From positions 33,380,704 through 33,444,703 of the forward strand of contig CM074521.1 of assembly GCA_037379345.1 (NCBI GenBank): a stretch of 64,000 bases of DNA. Reading direction: 5' to 3'. Below the pieces are notes generated by a model, which searched no databases, was not told the DNA's origin, and saw only the letters and a program-made list of their open reading frames with translations. Shown piece by piece: positions 11,935 through 24,843 of the stretch; position 1 is the stretch's first letter, and the number at the start of each line of letters is the position of its first letter. The translations under genes were made by a program, and so were the position numbers. The DNA is from Perna viridis (taxonomy: Eukaryota).

Positions 11935-12747
11935 CACTTACCAACCTGATCCCGAACCCGTGCCCGTGCCAAATTCTCCGTACCGAAATCACTATATTGC
12001 CGATTTTTCTATTTTCATTTGGAATTTTATACTGAAACTTGGCCTTGAAGTTCTGAGTGATCTTTTAAATCAATTGATGATAAAATTAGTTGAAAAATTG
12101 TGATATTTTCGAATTCAGTAAATTTTATGTTCTCAAAAGTCCCAAAATGTGTAACCGGAAGTTACCGTAACAAAATATTTATTGATTATTTCTCGCGTTT
12201 CAGTCCGATTTTTACGTTTTTTCAAAAACAACCAGAGGTTAAAAATTCGCTTTAAGATTTTAGATTAGTTTTAAAAGATATGATATAGATTTTAAAAAGA
12301 AATGTCGGAGTTTGAATTCCAATACGTACTGTAGCACGAATCCCCGTACCAACAAAGAATGGATACGATCTTATCAAGAATGACAAAGAAAGTCTCATAA
12401 ATAGAATCTGTTGCGATTTAAAGTTATCGTCCTTGAATATTTTAATAATAATATGGTGTTCTTATGTGAAATATATAATAAAATTGTACAAATAACAAAA
12501 ATACCGGACTTTGATTTTGCGTACGGGAAATTTGGATTATACATTTCGGTACTTCTGAAAACTGAAAATCGAATAAAAATCCAATTTTCGAAATCAATTT
12601 AAAAATCATTGATTCTAGCCTAGTCATCATATCATTGGTTACAAATTATCAGCTGGAAATATAACGTAATAATGGAGAAATCGACAAAAGAATATTTGGG
12701 TGCGGGGAAAATTGGTACGGGTACGGGTTACACATTTCGGTATGTAC
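11935..12747. mobile_element. Non-autonomous TIR element (MITE) truncating the LINE
   Basis: Imperfect TIRs ...aacccgtgcccgtgccaaattctccgtacc and ggtgcggggaaaattggtacgggtacgggtt...; AT-rich non-coding interior. Confidence 0.65.
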
Positions 12748-13156
12748 CATTCAGAAGATGTAACTTGTTTAGTAGATAAATTATTCCTTCTTTTGATTGC
12801 CGCTATGATCTTGGTTCCCTTGATTGCTCTTCCTGTTACAACCACCTTCATAGCTAGCCCATTACAGCTATAAATGCCATAAGGTAAGAACAAATTGAGG
12901 TACGTTAATATCTGTACAACGTAGATTTGGAGATTTCAATTCCTTGAAGTACCCAAGCACGCCCTGAAGATCAGTTGCCCCATTTCCGTCATCGAGCTCT
13001 TAGTTCCGTCAGAGCAGATTTGAAAACTTGGTTTGACTTATTGAATGCATCCTGTTTAATTAGAATGTCAAAGTCCTTTAAATGTAGGGGAGACATCGAG
13101 ATAAAAATGTTTTAGCACATCATTTCACTATTCAGCACTGTACTTTTCTTTGTAAC

Positions 13157-16100
13157 TTTATTTATTAATAACGCTCAGACACATCATATGTGTAACATGA
13201 GGTCAAACATATATACAAATCATACATGACAGAGAGAACAGGCACACAATATTAAAATAATCGGCTGATTTTTCGTATGAAAAGAGCTAGTTTTTTTTGT
13301 AAACATCAATATGATAATAGGTAAGTAATTTTGTAAATTTATCCATTCTTGGATACTATTTAAAATAGTTGGGATTAAGTGTACTCCTGAATTATGTTAC
13401 TACACTATTATTGCATGTAAATAAAATATGATATTCATCCCTTATTCCATCTTTACACAAAGTAAGCAATCTTTCATGTCTTGGCACATTAAGCTATCTT
13501 CCAGTTTCTATTGGGAGATGTAGATTTGACGTACGTAATTTAGTTATCCAGATTCTTCTAGTTTCTGGAAGTCTTATAAGATTTTTTTCAAGTGAAAATT
13601 CTAATTTAAATGAGCCATAAATTTGTCCTCTTGAAGAATTATTTAAGTCACTAATCCACTTTTGTATAAATTGATCTTGTAAAATTTTAGTTACATGATT
13701 TAAGTCAAACTGACCATCTTGATTTAAAAACACATATCTCATGCCAGTTTCATTAAATATACGTTCAATATGATGCCTCCATTTAAAGCTCTCAGTTCAA
13801 TTACATTTCAGTATATACAATAAAGAATACAAAAAACTACTTATAACTTATCTTTGTTATTGTTTAGTCTATCTTACCAACATGACAACATTCTTCTTTT
13901 AACTCTCACTTCTAAAGGAAAACGCCCCAATTCTCCATAAACCATAAAATTAACGGTCGAGCTTCGAACCTTCAAAATTCTTTTACAAAAACTAAGGCGT
14001 ATTCTTTCTATAATATGTAAAATTTTCATATCCCCAAATTTCAGAACCATAGAGAAAAAAGGTTCAATCATAGCATCAAAAAGTTTTAGTTGAAGATCAA
14101 CAGGAATGTTCTGGTTTCTAATATTTTTATAAATACTATACAAAGCTGTTTGAGCTTGGTTTACAAGCTTTTGTCAGGTGTTTGAAAAATTGCCATTGTA
14201 CTTGAAAGATAATCATATATAGCAAAAGGTATCTATAATTTCTATATTTTCGTCTTGTAATCTGAATTGAAAATTAATATTACATTTCCGTTTATAAAAT
14301 ATCATAATTTTTGTCTTCTCTACATCAACCTTTAATTTCCAATAATTACAGTATTGTTGAAAAAAATATTTAGTGCGTTCTGTATCCCATCAGGAGTTTC
14401 GGCTAATGGCATACAGAATTACAAATATTATGATCGAGTAAAATATCAAAATCACGGTCAGCTAGATCTTGCACTAAATGCAACGGAGAGCATCCACGAT
14501 CTTCAAGAAATTCCTCAAGATCGTTTAGAAAAATGGAGAAAAGGAAGAGAGACAAGTTTCACCCTGTCTGACACCTGTCAAATAGGGGAAAAATCTGATT
14601 GTTCACCATCATATTGAACACCAAATTTGATATTACCATACAAGTTGTATATAACAGTGAAAATTTTCCCTTTAATTCCACTAACTGTAACTTCTTGCAC
14701 AGGCCTGTTCTCCACACAGTGTTGAAAGCCTTGCGAAAGTCAATAAAGGGGCAAAATAATTTCTTTATGTCAGACTGGTAAATCGATACGAGGGAGTAAA
14801 AAAAAACAAGTTGTCTATTGTTGAATGTCCCTTTCTAAATCCAACTTGATTTTTCGATAATAAATCAACCTCATTAGCAAAGCACGTTAGTCTAGTGTTC
14901 AGTATCGATGTGAAGAGTTTTCCTAAACATCTTATCAACGTGATTGCTCTGAAGTTATCTGGGTTCATATTATCTCCCTTGTTTATTTAAACAGGTCGAA
15001 TTATACCCACGGTCCTATTGTATGGAACAACACCCGTATTCAAAATAAGGTTGAATAGTTTGACCAATAACTGAATCAATATCGGAGGCGAGTTTTTTCA
15101 GATACTCATTCAAAACACTATCCAGACCTGGGGATTTATTATTTTTCAATGATTTAATAGAACTACGGATCTCATCCTCAGCAAAGTCATTATTTAATAA
15201 AGATTCAATCTGTGGATTATCACAAATAGTGGTTAAATCTAAGACATCATCATCATTAAGCTTCTTAAAATAATCAAAAAAAATGTATCTGTATCTATAG
15301 GTGGGTTTACTTTACGAGAGTCTGAAAATTTGTTCAGTGTTCTCCAAAAAGCTTTAGGATCATACTTCGAAAAAGATCTCAACTCCGTCGCGGTTTTTTC
15401 TTGATAACTACGAAAATTTGTGTTAAGTTCCCGTTTATACGCTTGCGATTTTTCATTCAGAAGCTTTTTCGTATAATCGGTGTTAACATATTTAAATTTA
15501 TTTTAGCCTCATGAAATGCACCCGCTTAATACTGCATTCTTTAGTGAACCAATGTTTACAATCATCTTTAAAATTAGTCTTTAAATTGTGTGTACCAAAT
15601 GCAGATGTAGTACTTTCATTATAGAATAAACATAAATCATTTACAATTGAATTTTCCTGATCAAGAGTCATATGACTGTGTTCTACATTCATTAGTTTGT
15701 CATCAATATTTTGTAAAACATTAAGTTCTGAATCATCTCTCAAAACTTTCAGAAAATCATCTGCTTTACGCTGGTTCCATTTAACCCTTTCTTTACATGT
15801 ATTTTTGTTTTTACTATTTACCACTTTATCAGACCCAGCGGATAAAGAAACACAAAAATGTAACCTGTTATGCACATCTGAAAACATAGCTGTTGCTGAC
15901 ATCTGGAAGTACCCTTCAAACTGCTTTGATTTGCGTACCGCTCACATTATTGCTAAATATATTTCCTCTGTACCAAACCTAATCGAACAATCATGTAAAT
16001 TATGTGATCAAATATTCACCGATATGCTTGTCCATGCTACCCAAAACTACAAGTACTTCAGAGTTGTTTAATGTTTGGATGGACCTTATAATTGAACATT

Positions 16101-18038
16101 TACAGATGGTAGAAAAACTTCCACTGAACTCTGTGATTCCGATATAGATGAATTCAGACGACTCTGCTACATCCATATTGTAAAGTCAACAGGCGAATAT
16201 TTAAGATGCTTACGTTGTTGCAATACATTTTTGTAGCTAATGCATGTAATGTCACCAGTACACGAACATATCTTGCTCACTTTACTTGTATATAGATATG
16301 AATTAGTAATACAATTCATTATTATTATTATTTAATATTTCCTATTTGTGTCTTAATTAATTTGTAATTATGTAATTGCAATTCATGTAATCTCTATTTT
16401 GAGGAATTAAAGAATGAATGAATGAATGAATGAATGAATGAATGAATAAGAGTAACAAATAATCAACTAGACTGACATTTTTACAGGTGGTTCGTCCTTG
16501 GTCACTACATATACGGCCATTGGCCACAAAAAAGTTTTACCTTCTACATAGTTCTAACAGTTTTAAACCGTATCTATTAACACGACTAGCATCTTGACTG
16601 ATTCTATCTAGTGGATTTGTTTGTGCCTTAAATAGTCAAAACCAGAAAAAAATGTTTTTGCCTGGAATATCTAAAAGTTGTTCGTCAGGTAAAATCTGGT
16701 AAAATAGCCGTTCGAGCGCTCATATCACCAACAACTAAGGCATACCTTGTATTTTCTGAAAAATTCATAAATTCAGCTTCTACTTCAATAAAACATCCTT
16801 CTGAAGAATATTTTGAACCTTCAGGTGGTACATAGCAAAATCCAATAAGAATAGGCTCGTTTAAAGAAGACATTTTTGTTTGAAATTTTAATCCACTGGA
16901 CAAACCCTGAGACAGAGTCAATTAACTCTAAAAAATCTGAAAGGCACTTTTTGTAAATTATAATTATACCACCAGATTTATTTTTCACATTTATTCTGTT
17001 CTTAAAATGAAAATTGTAACCCTGCGGAATATTTAGGTGGTCATACTGATCTGTTTTTGTTTCTGAAAAAAAAAAAAACAAAAAAAATCATATTGCTTTA
17101 TCAATGGGTGAAAGGCTTGGTTCAGTACTTTGATTTCATTCCACACACGTTTAAGTAAGTAATGTTCAGTTTACTAATAAAACCGGTTCTATCGTCTTGT
17201 GCGTTGTCCTAGTCGTGCAGTCACGACCTTGCTCTATGTTGTGTATTGGCGGTACGGGTGGAGGGTCTATACGACATCTTATGTTGTACGGATGTCCATT
17301 AACGTGAATTTGATCATACACCATCGTAGCGCGTTTCCCATGTCTGTGTAATTCTTTCATTTTTGGTTGGAGTTTCCTACGAGGTTCAACTATTTCCTCT
17401 GGATACTGTTGATTGTGTACTGAGGTTTATCGTTCATGAAAGAGTCTATTTGATCAAATATCCGGTTAAGAGCCTCGATGGTGGAGAAAATTATTTGGAG
17501 AGATTTCTAGTCGACTTGGTTTTGGGATATCGGTACTGGAATAGGCTGCTGTATAATGTTGTTTGGTGGCAGAGGTTGTTGGGGCTGAAGTTGTGACTGT
17601 ATCCCAACAGAAGCCCACATGTGGAGTACTGTGATGAACGGCAAATTGAAGACCCGGGCTGGGCATGCCGTTGTAGCCGTTGTAAACAGGAAAAGTCAGA
17701 TTGTTTGGATACTGAGTATTCGATCCGTTGAGTGAAGCCTGTGGACTAACGTAGGATTCGAATGCTTGGTGCAGGACATGTGACAGGGGCTGGGTTTGGG
17801 CTTGAGGTTGCGGATGAGGTGTACCCGCCATTGTTGTTTTACAAGGTGGGGTCAAACCTGAATGTCCTTTTTTTTCCCCTCTTACTTCCTTTTGTCATGT
17901 CCGGATAAATTGCGTTAACACAGAATATAAGAAATGTTCATATTCTCACCGACAAAACAAGTCAACTCCATGTTGAAAACCTTAATTAATCATTTAAGAT
18001 CCGGAGCTGTACCTGCCCGTCTGTTCGATCCGCCATCC
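13157..18038 (-). mobile_element. Near full-length decayed RTEX-type LINE (ORF1 + APE-RT ORF2)
   Basis: 5' end ggatggcgg...agctcc. ORF1 has YPEEIVEPRRKL and GKRATMVYDQIHVNG. ORF2 has IGFCYVPPEGS, VVGDMSART, FSDVH, NFRAITLIRCLGKLFTSILNTRL, NQVGFRKGHST, GVRQGE, FMVYGELGRFPL, LRTSNLHLPIETGR. 3' end taataaataaa at about 13157. Many frameshifts. Confidence 0.9.
15890..16447 (+). mobile_element. 5'-truncated LINE 3' end nested antisense inside the RTEX element
   Basis: C-terminal CKLCDQIFTDMLVH motif, an AT-rich 3' UTR, then attaaa and a (GAAT)n tail at 16412-16447. Host ORF2 motifs lie on both sides. The left boundary is approximate. Confidence 0.7.
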
Positions 18039-18214
18039 TATTTTCTTTTCTACAAAAACAAAGAAAGGTGTCGTTCAGAAAAGTGGACAAAATATTTTTT
18101 TCAAATGCCATGTTCTCATTTTTCTCTGAAAGATACCCCGTAATTGGTTTGCCGACCTCTTATTTGTTTTATGGTTGTTGATGGACATTTTAAAAAAATT
18201 TTTCCAGGATATAG

Positions 18215-19132
18215 TCAAGTCAAATAAAATTTATGTAAAGTCGATATATCAAACAAGAAAACATAAGCTCTGTAGAGCTTTTAAAATCGAAATAAATAAA
18301 CACAAGACATACATATAAACTTAAAACAACATGACATACAAATTATAAATAACATGCAAGTAATCGAGCACCAAAAAAAAAGTACTATAATAAAAACAAT
18401 GCAGATTAAATTTAAAAGCAGATGCTACGAAGCAGCTAAAAGCATAAACATTAATAACATGCCAGCATGATCAAATTAATAAATGAAAGATTTTTAAGGG
18501 GATGATGTTGCACCTGTCAGTTGGGTAAGCCAAACTATTGGAAAAAGGAGCAAGAACATCCCTCCCTTCGCACTTATCTATCATATTTTTAAATTGATCA
18601 AGTCCCATGTCCCCTCTTAATTCATTTGGAAATTGGTTCCACAGTTTAGCTGCCCCATAACTGACAGAGTGCAGGCCATACTTGGTTGTGTTCACTCTTG
18701 GTACATTGTATGTTAACCAAGTTTGTATAACTGAAGGAGTAAGAGCTTTCTTTAACATTTATCATATCATGTAAGTATACAGGAGTAAGTTTGTTTATTA
18801 TTTTATATACATGTATAGCTAAAAATCTCAATCGTCAGGATGGTATCTTAGACCTTATTAACAGCTCTTCATATGTACATTTATCATCATTATAAATAAA
18901 GCGTAAAGATCTTTCTTGAATCTTTTCTAACTTTTTGTACAACTTTCATTATAAAAATGCCATACTAATTGATAATAGTTGAAATTTGCAAGTGTAAAAG
19001 AATAATATATTGTAAGTTTACCAAATTTACTGAGATCTTTTCATACATTTAATTGTCGTGATGCCATTTTACATACATCAGAGATATGGCTGTTAAAGTT
19101 CAATTTAAAATCAAATATTATACCAAGTAGAT
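18215..19132 (-). mobile_element. CR1-group LINE 3' fragment
   Basis: NFNYQLVWHF, KIQERSLRFI, NTTKYGLHSVSYGAAKLWNQFPNELR; 3' UTR with aaaagctc...gagctt stem and a (ttgac) end. Confidence 0.85.
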
Positions 19133-20249
19133 TTTCTAGGTTTACTAGATTATATAGTTCTCCGTGTTGGACGCAAAGCGCTTTGCCATTTTCCAAGATG
19201 GACGCCGACAGCGTAAGTACGCCCGTGACTTTCCCCAGGGTAATAGCTAGAACGTCCGGGTGTATGGGTTAGCAACGCTCGTGGGTATGTAGATTCTTTT
19301 TTAAACACGTGACATCAACCAATCGAAATCCTAAATTTTTACAATGCCGATCGAAATCCTAAACTTTTAGAAAGCCGGGGATGAAATATCATTATTACCA
19401 ATTAAGGACCCCATTCATTAGGCATATACATTATAGGAGAGTTCGCCAATCTCATCAGTGATGTCATATTCACTAATTTGCATTTTATTAAGTGTAAAAT
19501 TGGTTGGCAAATAAACAAATAAATTAATAATTGTCAATTTAATGATAGCAATTCCATTTTTCAAAACTTTATAACTTTGATGTATTACATCCAATTTTGG
19601 TTCTGTAAAATGCATGTTAAATTCAGATAAAATAATTTGTTTTTTTCTCTGAGTCAAGTTTCTATCAAAGGGGTCAGTTATATTATATTTATTATGAGTA
19701 TTGTTCTTTAATAGTACCAATAAAAAGAAAAAGGTGATTAAAATCAGAAAATGAAAAGGCCATTCATAAAAAAAATATCAGGACAAAAACCCAACAAATA
19801 CCACTTAAACACTTCACTAAATAAAAATTAATTAGCCAAAAATACCAACAAACAATATAAAGATTTACATATTTGTTTATTCGGTTTAAATTCTACAGAA
19901 ACTTGACTCAGAGAAGCACATTTTCGAACTTAATTTATGCTTTGTTTTAATAGTTTCTGAATTGTATGTATGTTATGTAACTAGCCTCAGTGCCTGAATC
20001 AGAAACCGAGTAATATTCAAAGCTAACTGATCCCTTCATGTAAACTTCCCGTTCTCATACAAGCAAGAAACACACGTAGAGCACACGTGTATGATATTTA
20101 AGAGGTACATTTTTATCTCGTATGAAGCTAGAACTATGACACTGTGGTGGTGAACACGACGAAGATCTGTTAGATTCTGTGGCGTATAACTACATATTAA
20201 TGCAAATCATATGCGAATATTAAATATAGAAATTACAAGTGTAATTAAC

Positions 20250-21885
20250 ACTGTTAGCGACTTAAAAATCATTATCGAACAGTCGTTGGAATGGAACTCT
20301 TCACTTTACATAAACTTTATTGGCATAAAGAGGGCGGGTAGACATATGCTCATTGAGGAAGATCATGAAGCACTATGGAAATCCAGACAAGTACATTTGT
20401 ATTTCTCACTAAGGAAGAAAAGAAAATTCCTATTTTTAGCTAGTCGAGATTTCCTTATCTCACCCACGAGTTGAGACAACACGTGCGCTTTCCCGTAACA
20501 AAATGGCACACTTGAATACAGAGTCAATGGACGATCACATCTTACCGATATCGAATATGTGCTTGAAAACTCGTTTTAAATAATAATTTCATCGAGAATA
20601 ACCGGTGATTAATAGCTCTCATACTCGAGAGAGCCTCATTAGAGAACGATTAAATCTTACCTTCGGGTGTCGTACAGGTGTTATATTCTTCATATCCCTA
20701 TCACAAAGACCACCTATGATGGAATGACATGCAGATTATTGCATAAAGGATGGATGACAAATTCCAAGTGATAACAGGAGTAATACAAGACTACATTATC
20801 ACATTTCTTCTTTCTGATGTCGATGAAGAAAACTACACAGGACAGTATTAATGGCATTCAATGTACGCGTACTTTGCTGGAACAGTTAGATGGCCTGGAT
20901 TTTGCTGACGACATTGTTCTTCTCTCATATAAACATAGCCAGATACATGACAACAAAGCAAAGCTTGAATCTGTAGCGGCATCGGTGGGGCTTTGAATCA
21001 AAAAGAGAGAAGACATAATACGAATTATGCGAATCAATACCAGTCACACTGAGCAAATTGATCTGGGAGATGGTGTACTGAAAGAGGTAACATAATTCAC
21101 ATATTTAGAAAGTGTCGTTGAAACACTATGACCTAGGCACAGACAGAGATAACAAAGCGAGAATAGGATAACCAGAACAACCTTCAGCATACCAAAGAAA
21201 GTAGGGAATGCTAGAGAAATTTCAAATTCAAAATCTACCAATATAGAATCTGCTTTAATATATAATGAGGAAATGTTTTTTTTTCAGGGAATGAGGAAAA
21301 ATGTTTGTTGTAGCACTTCGCCATACTTCACAATTTTTAACCCTTAAGGGCATCTCTAACAACATTCTTTTCAGTTTTATCCGGTCATATCAATTTGTAC
21401 AGGTACCGGAAATATTACAGTTCTCCACGGATGGTGGGAATATTTTACACATATCATATGACATAAGCAAAATTCAAACACAACTGACAGCTGAAAATTC
21501 ATATAAGAAAACGATTGCCTGTCCTATCTTAGAAAGGCTATGCTTTGATTTGTATAGTACAATCGGAGTTATATTTTTTCCGAGACGGGTTAGGTTCTTG
21601 ACGACGGCAAGAATGGAACAGCTGAGATACACGGACGTACATCCATGTATTTACCTGAACTTTTTAAAAACACATCATATTCACTTTTTTTTAATAAATA
21701 AAAAAAAATAGATAAACTCGAACAGTATCAGAAAAGATAAAGTAATTTTTATTGAAGCGTAATAGATGGTGAAGGCAGGCTACAATTGGCATGGAATTGT
21801 TCGTAGCGCCCTGAATAGAATCGGATGCATACAGGATGATTGTTAGTGGCTTATGCTCATCTAAGGAGCAAATAGGCTCAAGTCA
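20250..21885 (+). mobile_element. Degenerate RTE-clade LINE fragments, interrupted by a repeat at about 21240-21760
   Basis: LKIIIEQSLEWNSSLYINF, LDGLDFADDIVLLS (RT catalytic motif), FTYLESVV, ARIG, C-terminal IVSGLCS and a ctcaagtca tail. Confidence 0.85.
21315..21760. repeat. Unclassified interspersed repeat, copy 2, inserted in the RTE remnant
   Basis: Colinear with 8689-9085; RTE coding sequence resumes after it. Confidence 0.8.
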
Positions 21886-23552
21886 CACATTTAAAGCAAA
21901 TTTGGAAAATCACGGAATATAGAAGATTAACAAAAATGGTGGATATAAAACATATTTTTTAAATGGCACCAGATTATTTGAAATACTGTAACACCGGCAA
22001 CCTGGTGCAGAGTCGGAACACTCAGGAGTATCGGTTCACACTGAAAAATAGGGTTTGTTAGGATGATATATATATGTATGTATATAGGGTCAAATAAGAA
22101 ACTCGAAGGCATATAAAGTAACTAAACATTTCATTGTATAAACTGGAATACTACAGGTAGCTGCACACACACTGGTAATGGACAATATGCATGGCGGTTG
22201 ACGACCTGGAAAACTGGAACCTTGGTCTTACAAGTATCAATAGTAAAATCGTATCAAAATCAATACAAAAAACTCAGTTAAATCCTATTGTCAGGCTTGG
22301 TTAAGTTATCGAGTGTAAATGTCACAACGCAACAATGAATAACAAAGGATGAATGCAACTTTAAATATGTACGGGGTGCTTCTTCAAAGGAGTACATTAC
22401 ACCATAATACAACAATTCTGTCCCCCTCACCGACGCTAGTCACCGGTCACCTATCGAGCACCAGCAGAAGCAGTCTGCACAGTCACCGAGTCACATGGTA
22501 CCCAAATGTGATAAAAGTAAATTTTAATGTTCTTTATATTATAAATAATAACCTTTCCAGCTATGCTTAGTCTATCAAACATAGCTTTCTATATTTTTAT
22601 TTCCAACCCATTGATGACATTGCTGTTGTCCCCTTCTCTTCCAAAACAAGTGAATTTATACTGACTTCTTAGTCAATCCTAAGCAGCGTAGCGAATTTCC
22701 ACCAATCAGAAATTACGTCATATAGATAACGGGATCTTCACGATGCAAATAATGACGTCACCATATTTATTGACGCTTTTTTGCGCATAGTCAACAACAC
22801 AATATTTTATGAGTGTTTAACCACATTTATATTTATGCATACAGGACTAAAGTTTGCAATAAATGCAAGCTTTACAAAGAGTAATCAAGGGAACCAAGGT
22901 TATAGCGGTAATCAAAAGAATGTAATCCAGGGACAGAAAACAGGCATACACAACAAAGAACATAAAGTAACTAAAATCATAAATAAAAAGTAACAAACGC
23001 AAATGAGCAACTCGGACTCCACTAAAAACAGGGAGCATGGACCAGGTGCACCTTTAGGGTAAGCGTCCTTTGCTTTTCTAGAAACACCCGCCGAGTTGCT
23101 CGTAAAAAGTCAAGTCCAAGGTAGACGAAAGAGGAGAGGAAAACTATGACCCGTTGAATAAATCAGTTTTCATGGCGCCGATAGATACACCATAACGATC
23201 CACGAGTTCATGATGACGACCATAAAACTTCTGTAGTGATGACTTCAATCTTGTAGCAACATAACCCTGTTCCAGAAGCCAATTTGTTAGAGTTCTAGCG
23301 CGATCCAAAGAGTCTGCGTAGTTTCGGAAAGCTCTGGATAACATATGAGTTGCGATATGAACACTCCATACGCAGGTGCTAAAGGGATGTTGCACAGATG
23401 AAAGGAAAGTTGACAATTCTGAATGAAAAGTCATCACGTTTGTCGTAAAGTGTGGTCAATAGTTTTCCTTTACCATCGATTTCTAAGTGTAGGTCAAGAT
23501 GTGAGGCTGACTTCACAGTGTCTGTAGTATCCTTTATCTCAAGTTCTTTGGG

Positions 23553-24065
23553 CCCCGTGCAGGTCCGGGTGTTAAAAGAATAGGCCTGCAGCAGCGCTAA
23601 GCTTGTCGTATAAGGCGACTAAATAGTGCTCAGAAACCTAGCCGGGGGCTAGGCGCTCTGCCCACAGAGCAACTGGGATGTGTGCCCCAGGTGGTGGAAT
23701 GGGGTACCCCTGGCGTGTTACATGCTGGGGTTGTCAGGCTATAATACGGAAAACCTGACCGCAAACCATAGTGGTGCACCGTGTTGGGAAAGATGCCACG
23801 TTCCTCGCACATTAAAGAACCCTGCTGTGGTATTCGATAGGAGTAGGAACCTTTGCGCTCCGCCACTGGAGGCTAAATTGCCCGACCTTACCCATCCCCC
23901 CTTTTTCCAGTGGCAATCAAAATTTGTCGACCCTATTATCCTTGTGACCCATCCTTTTTTTTTCATTTCATGTTCATTTTATCATCCATTTCATGTTCAT
24001 TGTCTGAATATAGCTGAAATATTGCTGCTCGGACGTTAAACCCCAACAAACAATAACAACAACAA
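23553..24065 (+). mobile_element. SINE-like non-autonomous retroelement with a structured non-tRNA head, a V-domain-like core and a (CAA)n tail
   Basis: TSD of up to 15 bp, CTCAAGTTCTTTGGG (23538-23552, 24066-24080). Core motif gcacattaaagaaccc. 3' end atagctgaaatattgct...gacgttaaac followed by caa repeats. No coding capacity. Confidence 0.88.
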
Positions 24066-24443
24066 CTCAAGTTCTTTGGGGTAGATGCAATGTATCAAAT
24101 CCCCGAAATTAGGATTCTTTAAAGATAATACGTCACTATATAGCGGAAACTGAGATTAAAGGATCTAGCCAAACGATATTATTTCTTTCGGATCAGATCA
24201 GCTATAAAATCAGTCTCATAAGAGTGAATGAATATCCTAAGCGACATCACGCGAGAAGTAACGAGAGTGATTAATCACATTTACTTCTTGAACTGTTTTC
24301 GACGCGAACAGATCATCTTATCTGTCCGCTCTTCATTATAGAGTTTTTGCGCCGCACGTGGACTTCATTTCATGAATTTTAATTCGTGTCGCTTGATATT
24401 AAGGTAAGTTATTTTATTTCTTTTGTTTATTTGGTTTGAGTAT

Positions 24444-24681
24444 AACCCGAGGAGGGTTATTTTGCAATTTCTTTAATTGTTTAAAACCCGAAAAGGGTTG
24501 TTTCCTTTCTTAATTTTTCAACTCGAGGAGGGTTAGTGTTTCATTAATTTTTATGCTTTAACCCTAGGAGGGTTAGTATTTCGTTGGTGTATATTTTAAC
24601 ACGAGAAGGGTTAATTTTTGTTACTATATCATTTTAGCCGAGGAGGGTTGGTTTTCATATGTTTTAAGCCCGAGGAGGGTT
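24444..24681 (+). repeat. Array of seven short hairpin repeats (consensus AACCC-GAGGA-GGGTT) with variable T-rich spacers
   Basis: Copies start at 24444, 24485, 24520, 24560, 24598, 24636 and 24667 (period 31-41 nt). Confidence 0.9.
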
Positions 24682-24757
24682 GATTGAGATAGTTGGATTG
24701 TACACCTTAGACCGTAAATGTTTCCCCTTCTCTCTCCCTTTTCTTTAAATTGTTATT

Positions 24758-24843
24758 TAAGATAAGATAAGAAATTATTATTTTGATTCGGTATAGTAAA
24801 TAAGTAAAAACATGAACTCTGATGAGCTTTATGTAGATACACT
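24758..24843 (-). mobile_element. Tiny CR1-type 3'-end insertion inside the YR element
   Basis: Minus strand reads aaagctc atca gagttc...aaaataataatttcttatcttatctt, the same 3' stem plus microsatellite-tail layout as the CR1 end at about 18215-18285. Confidence 0.55.

Noticed and set aside
12900-13090. Possible minus-strand exon PLHLKDFDILIKQDAFNKVKPSFQ
   Set aside because: An in-frame stop follows, no convincing splice pair was found and no family was recognised.
13141-18054. TSD for the RTEX element (tacttttctttgtaac vs tattttcttttctac)
   Set aside because: The similarity is low-complexity and imperfect, so it cannot be distinguished from chance.
23553-23630. Canonical HDV-like ribozyme
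   Set aside because: A GACTAA strand and a P2-like pairing are present, but I could not build P3/L3 and P1.1 in the required order. Kept only as an unclassified structured RNA.
24444-24681. CRISPR array
   Set aside because: Repeats are only about 15 nt and degenerate, spacers are low-complexity and T-rich, there are no cas genes, and the context is a eukaryotic retroelement.
24819-24826. Hammerhead ribozyme core CTGATGAG near Penelope-like elements
   Set aside because: No stem II followed by GAAA and no matching stems; it is the antisense of a CR1-type 3' stem-loop.
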